Assembly: GCA_000146045.2 (NCBI GenBank)
Contig: BK006936.2
Coordinates: 160,001 to 224,000, forward strand
From: TPA_inf: Saccharomyces
Lineage: Eukaryota
Reading direction: 5' to 3'
DNA: 64,000 nucleotides
The stretch's first letter is position 1. Every line of letters begins with the position of its first letter. Both the position numbers and the translations under genes were made by a program. The notes beneath the pieces were generated by a model that worked only from the letters and a program-made list of their open reading frames with translations, did no database searches and was not told the origin of the DNA. Shown in pieces: positions 36,890 to 47,193 of this stretch.

Positions 36890-37493
36890 CAAGTTGGTTC
36901 AAGGTCAAAAATTTTGTTATTACAATCACTGAGCAATACGCTGTTTTTCCATAGTATGGAGGCATTTTTTTTTCTGTGAATGTACGTATATTTTACTGTA
37001 TACTTCATTAATATTTGGGAAATAGACATATTTTAAGATTATTTTTTAGATCCTGTTTACGTAAAAGACAATAATATAGGTGTGTAAATTATACCCTAAG
37101 TTCTTCTCAAGGATGTAAGACTTCCACAAGAGAACCGGCAATTTTATATGATAATACTATTTTTTCTTTGGCTTTACATGTAGTCGTTTATTATCCTATT
37201 GAATCAGCAATTATCACATCTCAGCTTTCATTACTTTTGATGACTGTTTCTCAACTCCATGTCATTCTTACACTGTGTATGATACTAATCGATAGATGAT
37301 CGTTGATTATTCCTTCAACAGATTCTGTCTAAAAAATGGTAAAACTGTTGCTACTAATCAATATCATATAATTGATCCTTATTCAACAATATCTACAACG
37401 AAAAAGGAGATTAAAAAAATGCATGCTAAGTAAATGAAGGTTTTCATCTGTCCCTGATGTTTTTCTTCTTCAAGCACGTTAACCAGTAATCAA

Positions 37494-37567
37494 GGTCTCT
37501 TGGCCCAGTTGGTTAAGGCACCGTGCTAATAACGCGGGGATCAGCGGTTCGATCCCGCTAGAGACCA
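37494..37567 (+). tRNA. tI(AAU): tRNA-Ile (anticodon AAU), 74 nt
   Basis: GGTCTCTTGGCCCAGTTGGTTAAGGCACCGTGCTAATAACGCGGGGATCAGCGGTTCGATCCCGCTAGAGACCA. Cloverleaf with anticodon loop CUAAUAA. Followed by a T7 Pol III terminator. Confidence 0.95.
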
Positions 37568-37627
37568 TTTTTTTGCAATTCAAATAACGTCGTTTATTTT
37601 TTATATAAAAATAAAAATCAAAAAGAA
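37568..37627. terminator. Pol III terminator T-tracts for the convergent tRNA pair
   Basis: TTTTTTT immediately 3' of tRNA-Ile (37568-37574). The minus strand reads TTTTTG / TTTTTATTTTTAT 3' of tRNA-Gly. Confidence 0.8.
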
Positions 37628-37699
37628 TTGCGCAAGCCCGGAATCGAACCGGGGGCCCAACGATGGCAACGTTGGATTTTACCACTAAACCACTTGCGC
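37628..37699 (-). tRNA. tG(GCC): tRNA-Gly (anticodon GCC)
   Basis: Minus strand GCGCAAGTGGTTTAGTGGT(T)AAAATCCAACGTTGCCATCGTTGGGCCCCCGGTTCGATTCCGGGCTTGCGCA. Anticodon loop UUGCCAU. Boundaries are +/-1 nt. Confidence 0.93.
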
Positions 37700-37713
37700 T
37701 TATTTCTTGGAAG

Positions 37714-38054
37714 TGTTGTATCTCAAAATGAGATACGTCAGTATGACAATACGTCATCCTGAACGTTCATAAAACACATATGAAACAACCTTATAACAAA
37801 ACGAACAACATGAGATAAAACCCGGCCTTCCCTAGCTGAACTACCCAAAAGTATAAATGCCTGAACAATTAGTTTAGATCCGAGATTCCGCGCTTCCACC
37901 ACTTAGTATGATTCATATTTTATATAATATATAAGATAAGTAACATTCCGTGAATTAATCTGATAAACCGTTTTGACAACTGGTTACTTCCCTAAGACTG
38001 TTCATATTAGGATTGTCAAGACACTCCGATATTACTCGAGCCCGTAATACAACA
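37714..38054 (+). mobile_element. Solo Ty3 LTR (sigma element), ~341 bp
   Basis: Starts TGTTGTATCTCAAAATGAGATA and ends CTCGAGCCCGTAATACAACA. Begins 15 bp upstream of the tRNA-Gly 5' end. Confidence 0.9.
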
Positions 38055-38132
38055 CTTTTTTTGGTAAGTAGTTTATAATAACATGTGTTGAAAGATAACA
38101 AATGCCACAAAATATCAATGGCTACTTAAAAG

Positions 38133-38257
38133 GGTAATTGCAAACCATTGGAATGAAATCCTAATATCATCTTCTTACACCGCACGTGATAATAAACTAG
38201 TAACACGAATACAACTAAACAGATGATATTATAGACTTTCATTCCAACACATCTGTT
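38133..38257 (-). mobile_element. Diverged Ty1/Ty2 delta-like LTR remnant with inverted copy of its own terminus
   Basis: Minus strand reads TGTTGGAATGAAAGTCTATAATATCATCT...TATTATCACGTGCGGTGTAAGAAGATGA (about delta positions 1-78). Then comes an inverted copy of the delta start (GATATTAGGATTTCATTCCAA). Confidence 0.5.
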
Positions 38258-39063
38258 GACTAGTAAGATGGATATTAGTCAATAGATGATGTTTCTTATT
38301 CCAAACTATCATGGGTTTGTAAGAAAATTTATTTTGAGGGGAATTGATTACATTTCCTTTTTTTTTCAATGTACTTTGAAGTTTTTTCTTGTTTAACAAT
38401 AAGCTTGCCTAATCATTAAATTAGTGCATAAAAAAAAAGGTAAGCCGAGATTAAATAAGTAAACAAAGACATACTAAAAAAAATCATTCTGGTACATACA
38501 GCATTCTAGTTAATGTTAGATTAGCAGTGGAACATTCCATATTTAATCTTGTATCATTATTAAAATAAGGATAAGTCTGAGAAGTCCATTCAACCGGGAC
38601 TTAACCGCCACTTTAATTAAATCTATGCAGGATTACCCTTGTGTAGGCCACATAAAATTTACTGGAGATTTCTGTCCGGAAAGTTATTGAAAGCTTTTAA
38701 GTATACTTAAATGATTTCTCTTTTCCATTTCTACGTTGCCCTTTTATCAATCTTATTGTGGCATCGATCCTTGTACGTCTACTTATTCCATTATTTGATG
38801 AAAATTGAATCCCGTCTCTCCGGTCATATTATTTTCTTCACCTTTTACTGCCGTATACAAATATTCCCTCTCGACGTGTACCATCATTTTGATCCGTGAC
38901 ATAGTAGGAATAGATGGATTATGGTCGATTGAGCTTCCAATACTTTGCGTATTGAGCAAGCTATGCAAATTAAAATATCTATAAACTGATAGGAAATGTA
39001 TATACTGAAGAAAATGTTTATTACTTGTTACATTGTTTTGATTACCTGTGCACGCATTATACC

Positions 39064-41748
39064 TTATCCAAACCCCCGGATCCTTTTCTTCTTCTTTTTG
39101 GCTTTTTGAGAATTACGCGGTTGTGAATCGTTCACAAATGATATCTGCGAGGAAGGGGGCTGCATTAGAGTAAATGCTGGTGTCATTGAATCTGGCAGGA
39201 CACTTAAGTTTTGAGTGGATTGTGATAACGGAGTAGCTTTTTGTGATTGTGTCTTTAATATTCTTTTCCTCCTTGCCAGTCCGCTACTTTGTGATGATTT
39301 GATCGTTGGAATTTGAGATTGCGAATTTAAATTAAATGGAGGCCTGCCATTAAAGGGTGCTGAAAATTGACTATCAAAATTAAATTCATTAGATTCATCT
39401 TCTTCATTGATATCATCCATATCCCAAGAGGAGATAATATCCTGGTAAGGACCACTTAGTGATCGTGAAATTTCGTTTTGAATCGGTTCAAAAAGTGATG
39501 GTTTTTCAAGTCTCGCTAAACTCCAGATAATGTCTTTGACTATCTCCTTTGTCAGCAGTTCCGCTTGCGGGGATACCAAAACCCAACATTGCAATAATTT
39601 GTTGTAAAAGATATCCAAGCCCGGAACGTCTTCATGTAAAAACAAATGTAGCAATTTCTCAAAACCAATAAATGTCACATCCTGATCCTGATAGTACTGG
39701 AAAAACTGATCTAGTAATGAAGAAAATTCAGGTATACTCGCGAAGGAATCTGAATTCTCCAAAAGGTTTTTCAATTTTGAATGGCTCAAAGACCCACTAA
39801 GGATGCTTTCATCTTTCGTCTTCTGCCAAGATTCAAGCAATTCGTTTGTAGCTATAGATAAGCGATATCCCAAATCTTGGAGATATTTATCTTCGTCGTG
39901 ACTGTTTTCATGCTCAATTAAATTTTGGACTCGAGATATGCGCTCTCTTTCCTTCAACTTAATTTGAGAAACCAGTGCACCGATACTCTCCTTTTCACGT
40001 TCATCAGCGTTATTGAAAAGTGACGCCCATTCGGGATGGTCGACAATGATGGGGGTTTCTTGTTTGTTCGGTTCGGAGTTTTGAGTGTTTGATAAAGCAT
40101 AGTAATAAACCTCGGATGAGTTCCTTAGTTTGACTAAAAAATCTACAACTAACTCAAAATTTTCATCTGCATCCTCCTCTCTCCGAGATTCATCGTCTAT
40201 ATGATCCAGTGTTAAGATTGTCTCTATACCGGTGGGGGTCCCACCCGGAATTTCAAGAACTGTTGAGCATCCTAAGGATTGAAACAAGTTTGCTTTCCTA
40301 TGGGAAAATACATGCATATAGATGCGTTTATGCCGCATCGAATATACAAAGGCCACCAGAAGAATATGGTCAGGCTTTTTAACCTTTTGTACAGTGATTC
40401 TGAGCGTAGTATCATCTGGATCCAGATCGTGTTTCCAAGATATTCTTCTCACTGGATCATTTGATTCTGATGCCCCTACGATGATTATTTCCCTTGAAGT
40501 GAGTAAAATACCATTTTTATCATCTATCCGCTTATAATCACGTATGTTTGACCATGCTTTCGCTTGTACTACTTCCGTTTGCCAATTGTTCATAAAGTCG
40601 ATCTCAATCATTTTGGACCTATCAAAGACCAGTATTTTTTGGAAGTGTGAAAACCATTCTATTCTTTTCCATGACGATAATTCTTCTGGATCAAAAATCG
40701 TACCGTGGAGGTTATCTATTAACTGTAGTTTCCTTTTGTTATTATTATTGAAATTCTTTGGTATCCTCCCGATACTCCAGTTACCTTTTATATCAATGAT
40801 TGCGAATTGTTGTAAGTCCCAAGGATTGAATGCAAAATCTACCACCTGAAGGTCGTCTATTTCAACAAAATACAGTGGTTCTGAACTACTAACCATGACA
40901 TCACATGATCTTGAGTGGACACTTTCAATTCTAAAGATTTGGAAAGAATTTTCGGTGATTATGCCCACCAGGTTTGATCTCCGCCCGATGGACTCAGAGG
41001 CCCCCGGTATCTTAATACTCTTGATAGGTGAATGCAATTCGATACTCGTTACATTGTTATGTCGGTTTAAATGCAATGTATTTTGTCGTGTCAGAACTGC
41101 TATATTTAGGACTGAGCCTGTTTTACCCGAGGCATATGCTATGATTTCGGTTCCGTCTCTATAATTTCTTAAATCTGATGCTGTCTGAATATATTGAGAG
41201 TCCAGTCGATTAGCCACAGTAGGATCCCAAAAGAAGGCGTCTTGCATCGGCCTCGAAGAGTTAGTACTTTCTTGTAATGTATCATCTAAGTTGCGCAGCA
41301 AATCTGAAGGAATGTAATCTTGAAATGAAACTGGCGTATCGCAGTTCACACCAAACATAGAATCATTACCAACGTCAACTTTCTTAAAAAAATGGACATC
41401 TTTCGGTACCACGGGTATCACTGGATTGACCACTATAGATGTATCCCCCTGATTGTCCGTATCTTCATCAATATCGCTAGTTATGAGATCATCGTCGGCA
41501 TCTGATTCTTGCAAAACCTTGTCGTCGGAAATATATCTTATGGCAGTATCACAAAGCAGACTTTTGACCACTATATGAAGGTCTAGTGCATCCTCGGCCA
41601 ATGTATCATCTACTGGTCTTAGCCATTGTGGCTTTTCTTGCTTCTTCGTAGTGTAATTTTCTTGCGGACAGTAAAGACTGGCGCCTTGTACACCAACACC
41701 CAATTGCGAGCCTAACACATCTGAGCTTGGAATTTGTCCCTCACTCAT
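39064..41748 (-). CDS. RRN6: RNA polymerase I core factor subunit (YBL014C), 894 aa
   Basis: 894-aa ORF located between the tRNA/LTR cluster and FMT1. Identified from memory. Confidence 0.85.
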   Translation of the reverse strand: MSEGQIPSSDVLGSQLGVGVQGASLYCPQENYTTKKQEKPQWLRPVDDTLAEDALDLHIVVKSLLCDTAIRYISDDKVLQESDADDDLITSDIDEDTDNQGDTSIVVNPVIPVVPKDVHFFKKVDVGNDSMFGVNCDTPVSFQDYIPSDLLRNLDDTLQESTNSSRPMQDAFFWDPTVANRLDSQYIQTASDLRNYRDGTEIIAYASGKTGSVLNIAVLTRQNTLHLNRHNNVTSIELHSPIKSIKIPGASESIGRRSNLVGIITENSFQIFRIESVHSRSCDVMVSSSEPLYFVEIDDLQVVDFAFNPWDLQQFAIIDIKGNWSIGRIPKNFNNNNKRKLQLIDNLHGTIFDPEELSSWKRIEWFSHFQKILVFDRSKMIEIDFMNNWQTEVVQAKAWSNIRDYKRIDDKNGILLTSREIIIVGASESNDPVRRISWKHDLDPDDTTLRITVQKVKKPDHILLVAFVYSMRHKRIYMHVFSHRKANLFQSLGCSTVLEIPGGTPTGIETILTLDHIDDESRREEDADENFELVVDFLVKLRNSSEVYYYALSNTQNSEPNKQETPIIVDHPEWASLFNNADEREKESIGALVSQIKLKERERISRVQNLIEHENSHDEDKYLQDLGYRLSIATNELLESWQKTKDESILSGSLSHSKLKNLLENSDSFASIPEFSSLLDQFFQYYQDQDVTFIGFEKLLHLFLHEDVPGLDIFYNKLLQCWVLVSPQAELLTKEIVKDIIWSLARLEKPSLFEPIQNEISRSLSGPYQDIISSWDMDDINEEDESNEFNFDSQFSAPFNGRPPFNLNSQSQIPTIKSSQSSGLARRKRILKTQSQKATPLSQSTQNLSVLPDSMTPAFTLMQPPSSQISFVNDSQPRNSQKAKKKKKRIRGFG

Positions 41749-42055
41749 GCTCAGCCCATAGAACGCCTTCTCTCTTTACTTCAACTTGCCACATCAATAT
41801 CATTACCAAACTAATATGAAAGCTCATCTCGGTTTCTTAATCGAGAGAATAAAAATTATCGTATGCCCACAGGGTAACCCATATTTATATCAAATGGAAG
41901 AAGCGTCCATTAAGAAAAAAGCAAAAAAAGCTGTACCTGCTATTATGGAGAGGAGTAAGCGCTTTTCTCATTAACGTAAAAAGAGAGGTAAGAAAAAAAA
42001 GGAAGGGGACCTAGGCACCTCATAGTGAGAAGATTGAAAACGGCGTATCAAACAA

Positions 42056-43261
42056 ATGGTTAAAATGAGAAGAATAACACCTACACGCCTCCTATTCACA
42101 TGCAGATATATTTCAAACAATGCTTCTCCACCAGTGCAGCCCTTGAATGTGCTTTTCTTTGGTAGCGACACTTTCAGTAATTTCTCATTGCAAGCACTCA
42201 ATGAGTTGCGTCAAAATAATGGAAGCTGTGGTATAGTGGACAATATTCAAGTAGTAACTAGGTCGCCGAAGTGGTGCGGTAGACAGAAGTCTATTTTGAA
42301 ATACCCGCCGATCTTCGATATGGCAGAGAAGCTTCAATTGCCACGCCCAATTACATGCGACACCAAGCAGGAAATGTTGGCGCTAAGCAAACTGACACCC
42401 AGTCGCCAAGGAAATCCGGAGAACGACGGCTCCGGTGCTCCGTTCAACGCGATCATTGCGGTTTCTTTTGGGAAGCTCATTCCGGGTGACTTGATCCGCG
42501 CGGTGCCATTGGCGCTAAACGTCCATCCTTCGCTACTTCCCAGACATAAAGGCAGTGCACCTATCCAGCGAGCTCTGCTCGAGGGTGACACTTACACCGG
42601 TGTAACTATACAGACACTGCATCCGGATCGGTTTGACCATGGTGCAATTGTAGCGCAGACGGAGCCACTGGCGATCGCAACAATGCTGTCAAAAGGGAGA
42701 GTCAATGATTCGACGGCAGATTTTAATTCTGAGGGCCTGCCTCGGAGGACTGCCATACTGATGGACCAGTTGGGCGCCCTTGGCGCCCAACTTTTGGGCC
42801 AAACGCTTCGTGAGAGGTTATATCTACCACAGAACCGTGTGCAAGCGCCAACAGCTTACAAACCCAGTTACGCCCACCGTATAACAACAGAAGATAAACG
42901 CATTCATTGGGCGCGCGATTCTGCCGCCGAACTACTTAACAAACTCGAAACGCTCGGTCCTCTGCACGCGTTCAAAGAAGCGACAGCGGCAAGAAAGGAC
43001 GCTCAAAATTCAGTATTAAAACGAATATTGTTTCATGAGTGTAAAGTGATGAGAGACGCACGTCTAGATAATGGCAGTAAACCGGGCATGTTCAAATATG
43101 ATGATATTAAAGACTGTATTTTGGTCACCTGTCGCGGCAACTTACTACTATGTGTGAGCCGCCTCCAGTTCGAAGGTTTCGCCGTAGAACGTGCTGGCCA
43201 GTTCATGGCGCGCCTGCGGAAAAGATGCGGCGCCCTGAGTGAAAAGTTAGTTTTCCTGTAA
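42056..43261 (+). CDS. FMT1: Mitochondrial methionyl-tRNA formyltransferase (YBL013W), 401 aa
   Basis: Formyltransferase core: N-terminal FFGSDTFS, then NVHPSLLPRHKGSAPIQRALLEGD. Confidence 0.92.
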   Translation: MVKMRRITPTRLLFTCRYISNNASPPVQPLNVLFFGSDTFSNFSLQALNELRQNNGSCGIVDNIQVVTRSPKWCGRQKSILKYPPIFDMAEKLQLPRPITCDTKQEMLALSKLTPSRQGNPENDGSGAPFNAIIAVSFGKLIPGDLIRAVPLALNVHPSLLPRHKGSAPIQRALLEGDTYTGVTIQTLHPDRFDHGAIVAQTEPLAIATMLSKGRVNDSTADFNSEGLPRRTAILMDQLGALGAQLLGQTLRERLYLPQNRVQAPTAYKPSYAHRITTEDKRIHWARDSAAELLNKLETLGPLHAFKEATAARKDAQNSVLKRILFHECKVMRDARLDNGSKPGMFKYDDIKDCILVTCRGNLLLCVSRLQFEGFAVERAGQFMARLRKRCGALSEKLVFL

Positions 43262-43405
43262 CCCGGCTCTACATTCCTCTTTTAGTATTCTTCTTCTCCC
43301 TTCTTTCAATCCCTCATCCATCGGTCTCTCAACAACTATGGCTGCCAAGCCCTACGCGCTATGAAGAAAAAGAAAAGTAGGCCCGCCTTCTTTCCCAGTT
43401 GCAGT

Positions 43406-43807
43406 TTATTTATGATTCGGAAAGATTGATGTTAGTAATGGCTTGTAGTTCATAACAGAGTGAATTAAGTGTAGGAAGCCCGGAATTAAATATATAGTAA
43501 AAAGAGCACAGGGGCGTTTACATCGGGGTAAAAAAAAATGCCTGCACCAAAACTCACGGAGAAATTTGCCTCTTCCAAGAGCACACAGAAAACTACGAAT
43601 TACAGTTCCATCGAGGCCAAAAGCGTCAAGACGTCGGCTGATCAGGCATACATCTACCAAGAGCCTAGCGCTACCAAGAAGATACTTTACTCCATCGCCA
43701 CATGGCTGTTGTACAACATCTTCCACTGCTTCTTTAGAGAAATCAGAGGCCGGGGCAGTTTCAAGGTACCGCAACAGGGACCGGTGATCTTTGTTGCGGC
43801 TCCGCAT
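43406..43807 (-). CDS. Dubious ORF antisense to SCT1 5' end (YBL012C), 133 aa
   Basis: Open frame overlapping the SCT1 start on the opposite strand. No recognisable motifs. Probably not a real gene. Confidence 0.1.
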   Translation of the reverse strand: MRSRNKDHRSLLRYLETAPASDFSKEAVEDVVQQPCGDGVKYLLGSARLLVDVCLISRRLDAFGLDGTVIRSFLCALGRGKFLREFWCRHFFLPRCKRPCALFTIYLIPGFLHLIHSVMNYKPLLTSIFPNHK

Positions 43808-45817
43808 GCTAACCAGTTCGTCGACCCTGTAATCCTTATGGGCGAGGTGAAGAAATCTGTCAACAGACGTGTGTCCTTCTTGATTGCGGAGAGCTCATTA
43901 AAGCAACCCCCCATAGGGTTTTTGGCTAGTTTCTTCATGGCCATAGGCGTGGTAAGGCCGCAGGATAATTTGAAACCGGCAGAAGGTACTATCCGCGTAG
44001 ATCCAACAGACTACAAGAGAGTTATCGGCCACGACACGCATTTCTTGACTGATTGTATGCCAAAGGGTCTCATCGGGTTACCCAAATCAATGGGATTTGG
44101 AGAAATCCAGTCCATAGAAAGTGACACGAGTTTGACCCTAAGAAAAGAGTTCAAAATGGCCAAACCAGAGATTAAAACTGCTTTACTCACCGGCACTACT
44201 TATAAATATGCCGCTAAAGTCGACCAATCTTGCGTTTACCATAGAGTTTTTGAGCATTTGGCCCATAACAACTGCATTGGGATCTTTCCTGAAGGTGGGT
44301 CCCACGACAGAACAAACTTGTTGCCCCTGAAAGCAGGTGTGGCGATTATGGCTCTTGGTTGCATGGATAAGCATCCTGACGTCAATGTTAAGATTGTTCC
44401 CTGCGGTATGAATTATTTCCATCCACATAAGTTCAGGTCGAGAGCGGTTGTTGAATTCGGTGACCCCATTGAAATACCGAAGGAACTAGTCGCCAAGTAC
44501 CACAACCCGGAAACGAACAGAGATGCAGTGAAAGAATTATTAGATACCATATCGAAGGGTTTACAATCCGTTACCGTTACATGTTCTGATTATGAAACTT
44601 TGATGGTGGTTCAAACGATAAGAAGACTATATATGACACAATTTAGCACCAAGTTACCGTTGCCCTTGATTGTGGAAATGAACAGAAGAATGGTCAAAGG
44701 TTACGAATTCTATAGAAACGATCCTAAAATAGCGGACTTGACCAAAGATATAATGGCATATAATGCCGCCTTGAGACACTATAATCTTCCTGATCACCTT
44801 GTGGAGGAGGCAAAGGTAAATTTCGCAAAAAACCTCGGACTTGTTTTTTTTAGATCCATCGGGCTCTGCATCCTCTTTTCGTTAGCCATGCCAGGTATCA
44901 TTATGTTCTCACCTGTCTTCATATTAGCCAAGAGAATTTCTCAAGAAAAGGCCCGTACCGCTTTGTCCAAGTCTACAGTTAAAATAAAGGCTAACGATGT
45001 CATTGCCACGTGGAAAATCTTGATTGGGATGGGATTTGCGCCCTTGCTTTACATCTTTTGGTCCGTTTTAATCACTTATTACCTCAGACATAAACCATGG
45101 AATAAAATATATGTTTTTTCCGGGTCTTACATCTCGTGTGTTATAGTCACGTATTCCGCCTTAATCGTGGGTGATATTGGTATGGATGGTTTCAAATCTT
45201 TGAGACCACTGGTTTTATCTCTTACATCTCCAAAGGGCTTGCAAAAGCTACAAAAGGATCGTAGAAATCTGGCAGAAAGAATAATCGAAGTTGTAAATAA
45301 CTTTGGAAGCGAATTATTCCCCGATTTCGATAGTGCCGCCCTACGTGAAGAATTCGACGTCATCGATGAAGAGGAAGAAGATCGAAAAACCTCAGAATTG
45401 AATCGCAGGAAAATGCTAAGAAAACAGAAAATAAAAAGACAAGAAAAAGATTCGTCATCACCTATCATCAGCCAACGTGACAACCACGATGCCTATGAAC
45501 ACCATAACCAAGATTCCGATGGCGTCTCATTGGTCAATAGTGACAATTCCCTCTCTAACATTCCATTATTCTCTTCTACTTTTCATCGTAAGTCAGAGTC
45601 TTCCTTAGCTTCGACATCCGTTGCACCTTCTTCTTCCTCCGAATTTGAGGTAGAAAACGAAATCTTGGAGGAAAAAAATGGATTAGCAAGTAAAATCGCA
45701 CAGGCCGTCTTAAACAAGAGAATTGGTGAAAATACTGCCAGGGAAGAGGAAGAGGAAGAAGAAGAGGAAGAAGAAGAAGAGGAAGAAGAAGAAGAAGGGA
45801 AAGAAGGAGATGCGTAG
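43538..45817 (+). CDS. SCT1: Glycerol-3-phosphate / DHAP sn-1 acyltransferase (YBL011W), 759 aa
   Basis: GPAT acyltransferase motif I H-X4-D in AAPHANQFVD. Further motifs FPEGGSHDR and VPCGMNY. TM segments. C-terminal poly-Glu tail. Confidence 0.93.
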   Translation: MPAPKLTEKFASSKSTQKTTNYSSIEAKSVKTSADQAYIYQEPSATKKILYSIATWLLYNIFHCFFREIRGRGSFKVPQQGPVIFVAAPHANQFVDPVILMGEVKKSVNRRVSFLIAESSLKQPPIGFLASFFMAIGVVRPQDNLKPAEGTIRVDPTDYKRVIGHDTHFLTDCMPKGLIGLPKSMGFGEIQSIESDTSLTLRKEFKMAKPEIKTALLTGTTYKYAAKVDQSCVYHRVFEHLAHNNCIGIFPEGGSHDRTNLLPLKAGVAIMALGCMDKHPDVNVKIVPCGMNYFHPHKFRSRAVVEFGDPIEIPKELVAKYHNPETNRDAVKELLDTISKGLQSVTVTCSDYETLMVVQTIRRLYMTQFSTKLPLPLIVEMNRRMVKGYEFYRNDPKIADLTKDIMAYNAALRHYNLPDHLVEEAKVNFAKNLGLVFFRSIGLCILFSLAMPGIIMFSPVFILAKRISQEKARTALSKSTVKIKANDVIATWKILIGMGFAPLLYIFWSVLITYYLRHKPWNKIYVFSGSYISCVIVTYSALIVGDIGMDGFKSLRPLVLSLTSPKGLQKLQKDRRNLAERIIEVVNNFGSELFPDFDSAALREEFDVIDEEEEDRKTSELNRRKMLRKQKIKRQEKDSSSPIISQRDNHDAYEHHNQDSDGVSLVNSDNSLSNIPLFSSTFHRKSESSLASTSVAPSSSSEFEVENEILEEKNGLASKIAQAVLNKRIGENTAREEEEEEEEEEEEEEEEEEGKEGDA
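45745..45800 (+). repeat. (GAA/GAG)n trinucleotide repeat encoding the SCT1 C-terminal poly-Glu tract
   Basis: gaagaggaagaagaagaggaagaagaagaa... encodes EEEEEEEEEEEEEEEEEE. Confidence 0.9.
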
Positions 45818-46106
45818 ATGCCATTTACTGACGGTGAAGATACTAGAAACTAAATCTTTCGCCGTTCTATTTATGTAATAAACCCATTATTGCTCATTGG
45901 GAGTTGTAAATATTAATGCTCAATGTTTATGTATATCCCTCGCACAGGGGCTTTTTATTTCTTGAGGGGGGGACTAATTGTATAATTGTATGTTTTATAA
46001 AAAAGTATATTGCTCTTTTACGACTTTTGGTCTGGTCCCCTATGCTACTAATAACATTTTATTCTCTTCAAACTTCAACGTTCAACCTGCTTTGCCGAGA
46101 CGGCGA

Positions 46107-46949
46107 TTAGTATCCTACCCAACTGAACCTTTTCTTTTTGTTTCGCTTTTTGTTATACAATGCAATTTCGTCTCGCTGTAGTCTTTGGGTATGTCCTGTC
46201 AAATTCGTCACTACATTTTCAAAAGTTGTCTTATCCTTTAGGAGGTCTCGCTGTTGTTTCTTCAATGATCTTGATTTACTAACCAAAAAGTCAATGGATT
46301 GACACAATGTATCGTGGTATTGGCGTAAAGATTCTTCATCCATACTAGTAAAATCTGCCATAAGCAATTGCGGTATATGCTGCTCTTGCTCACGCTCCTC
46401 TTCCTTTTGAAGAGATTTTAAAGTCATTGGTGGTGTATAGTCAATTTTGAAATTATCCCTCAGGAAGAGACCAGTAGCCGTTTGCTCATTTTTCTCCACT
46501 GCATCGCATATCCTTTTGAACAACTCATCATTCAACGGTTCTTCCTCCCTCTTCGTACCAACACCCTCAGAGCCATTATTATCCGATAATCTCAAAATGT
46601 GGAGCAAGTTTCTGCGTATATGAGATTTATTCCATATGAATGGCTGTAACACAGGATCTAATTGTACGAGTTGTTCATAAATGACATGGGGTCGTTCATC
46701 TTCAATAAGTTTGCTCAGCTTGAAACAGTCATTCTTTATGGTTTCTTCTTCCAGGTCAAATTCTCCCTTTGGTAGTATCTTATTCAAGCAGTTATCTACT
46801 ACAGATTCGGAAGACGTCGTTAAAGTAGAATTCTGGTTATAGAGGTCATTTTCAACTGAGGCATCTGAAAAATTCCCAAAATCATCACTAGAATCACTTT
46901 CTGCATCTAATGCATTTGTGACAGGTTCTATCTGATCTCTATCGCTCAT
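46107..46949 (-). CDS. Protein of unknown function (YBL010C), 280 aa
   Basis: 280-aa acidic ORF at the expected locus between SCT1 and ALK2. Confidence 0.85.
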   Translation of the reverse strand: MSDRDQIEPVTNALDAESDSSDDFGNFSDASVENDLYNQNSTLTTSSESVVDNCLNKILPKGEFDLEEETIKNDCFKLSKLIEDERPHVIYEQLVQLDPVLQPFIWNKSHIRRNLLHILRLSDNNGSEGVGTKREEEPLNDELFKRICDAVEKNEQTATGLFLRDNFKIDYTPPMTLKSLQKEEEREQEQHIPQLLMADFTSMDEESLRQYHDTLCQSIDFLVSKSRSLKKQQRDLLKDKTTFENVVTNLTGHTQRLQRDEIALYNKKRNKKKRFSWVGY

Positions 46950-47193
46950 TTGCTTGCTTTGAAAGAGGTGCCTTTTTCTATCTTGCTACACCTTAAATTC
47001 TCGTTTGTGATACGCCTAACGTTTTTTTTTTTTTTCAGTTTTGATAGCAATTCGCGAAACTTTTTGTAACATCTTCTCTTCTCGAAAAGCGAAAATAGTA
47101 AACAATAACTTAAAGCGTATTGGTATTAATATATTTAGTTGTAGTAAAATCATTTCACCAAACACACATACATGCGCTATTTGTATTGAGAAA

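Noticed and set aside
38300-38700. Possible further LTR (tau or delta) debris downstream of the sigma/delta cluster
   Set aside because: This is AT-rich sequence with weak resemblance to LTRs. I could not identify termini or align it to any Ty LTR from memory.
45576-45824. 82-aa poly-Leu ORF antisense to the SCT1 3' end, and the 74-aa ORF 52737-52961 antisense to SLA1
   Set aside because: Both are mirror images of coding trinucleotide or tandem repeats on the sense strand (poly-Glu; SLA1 repeats). They are low-complexity artefacts, not genes.
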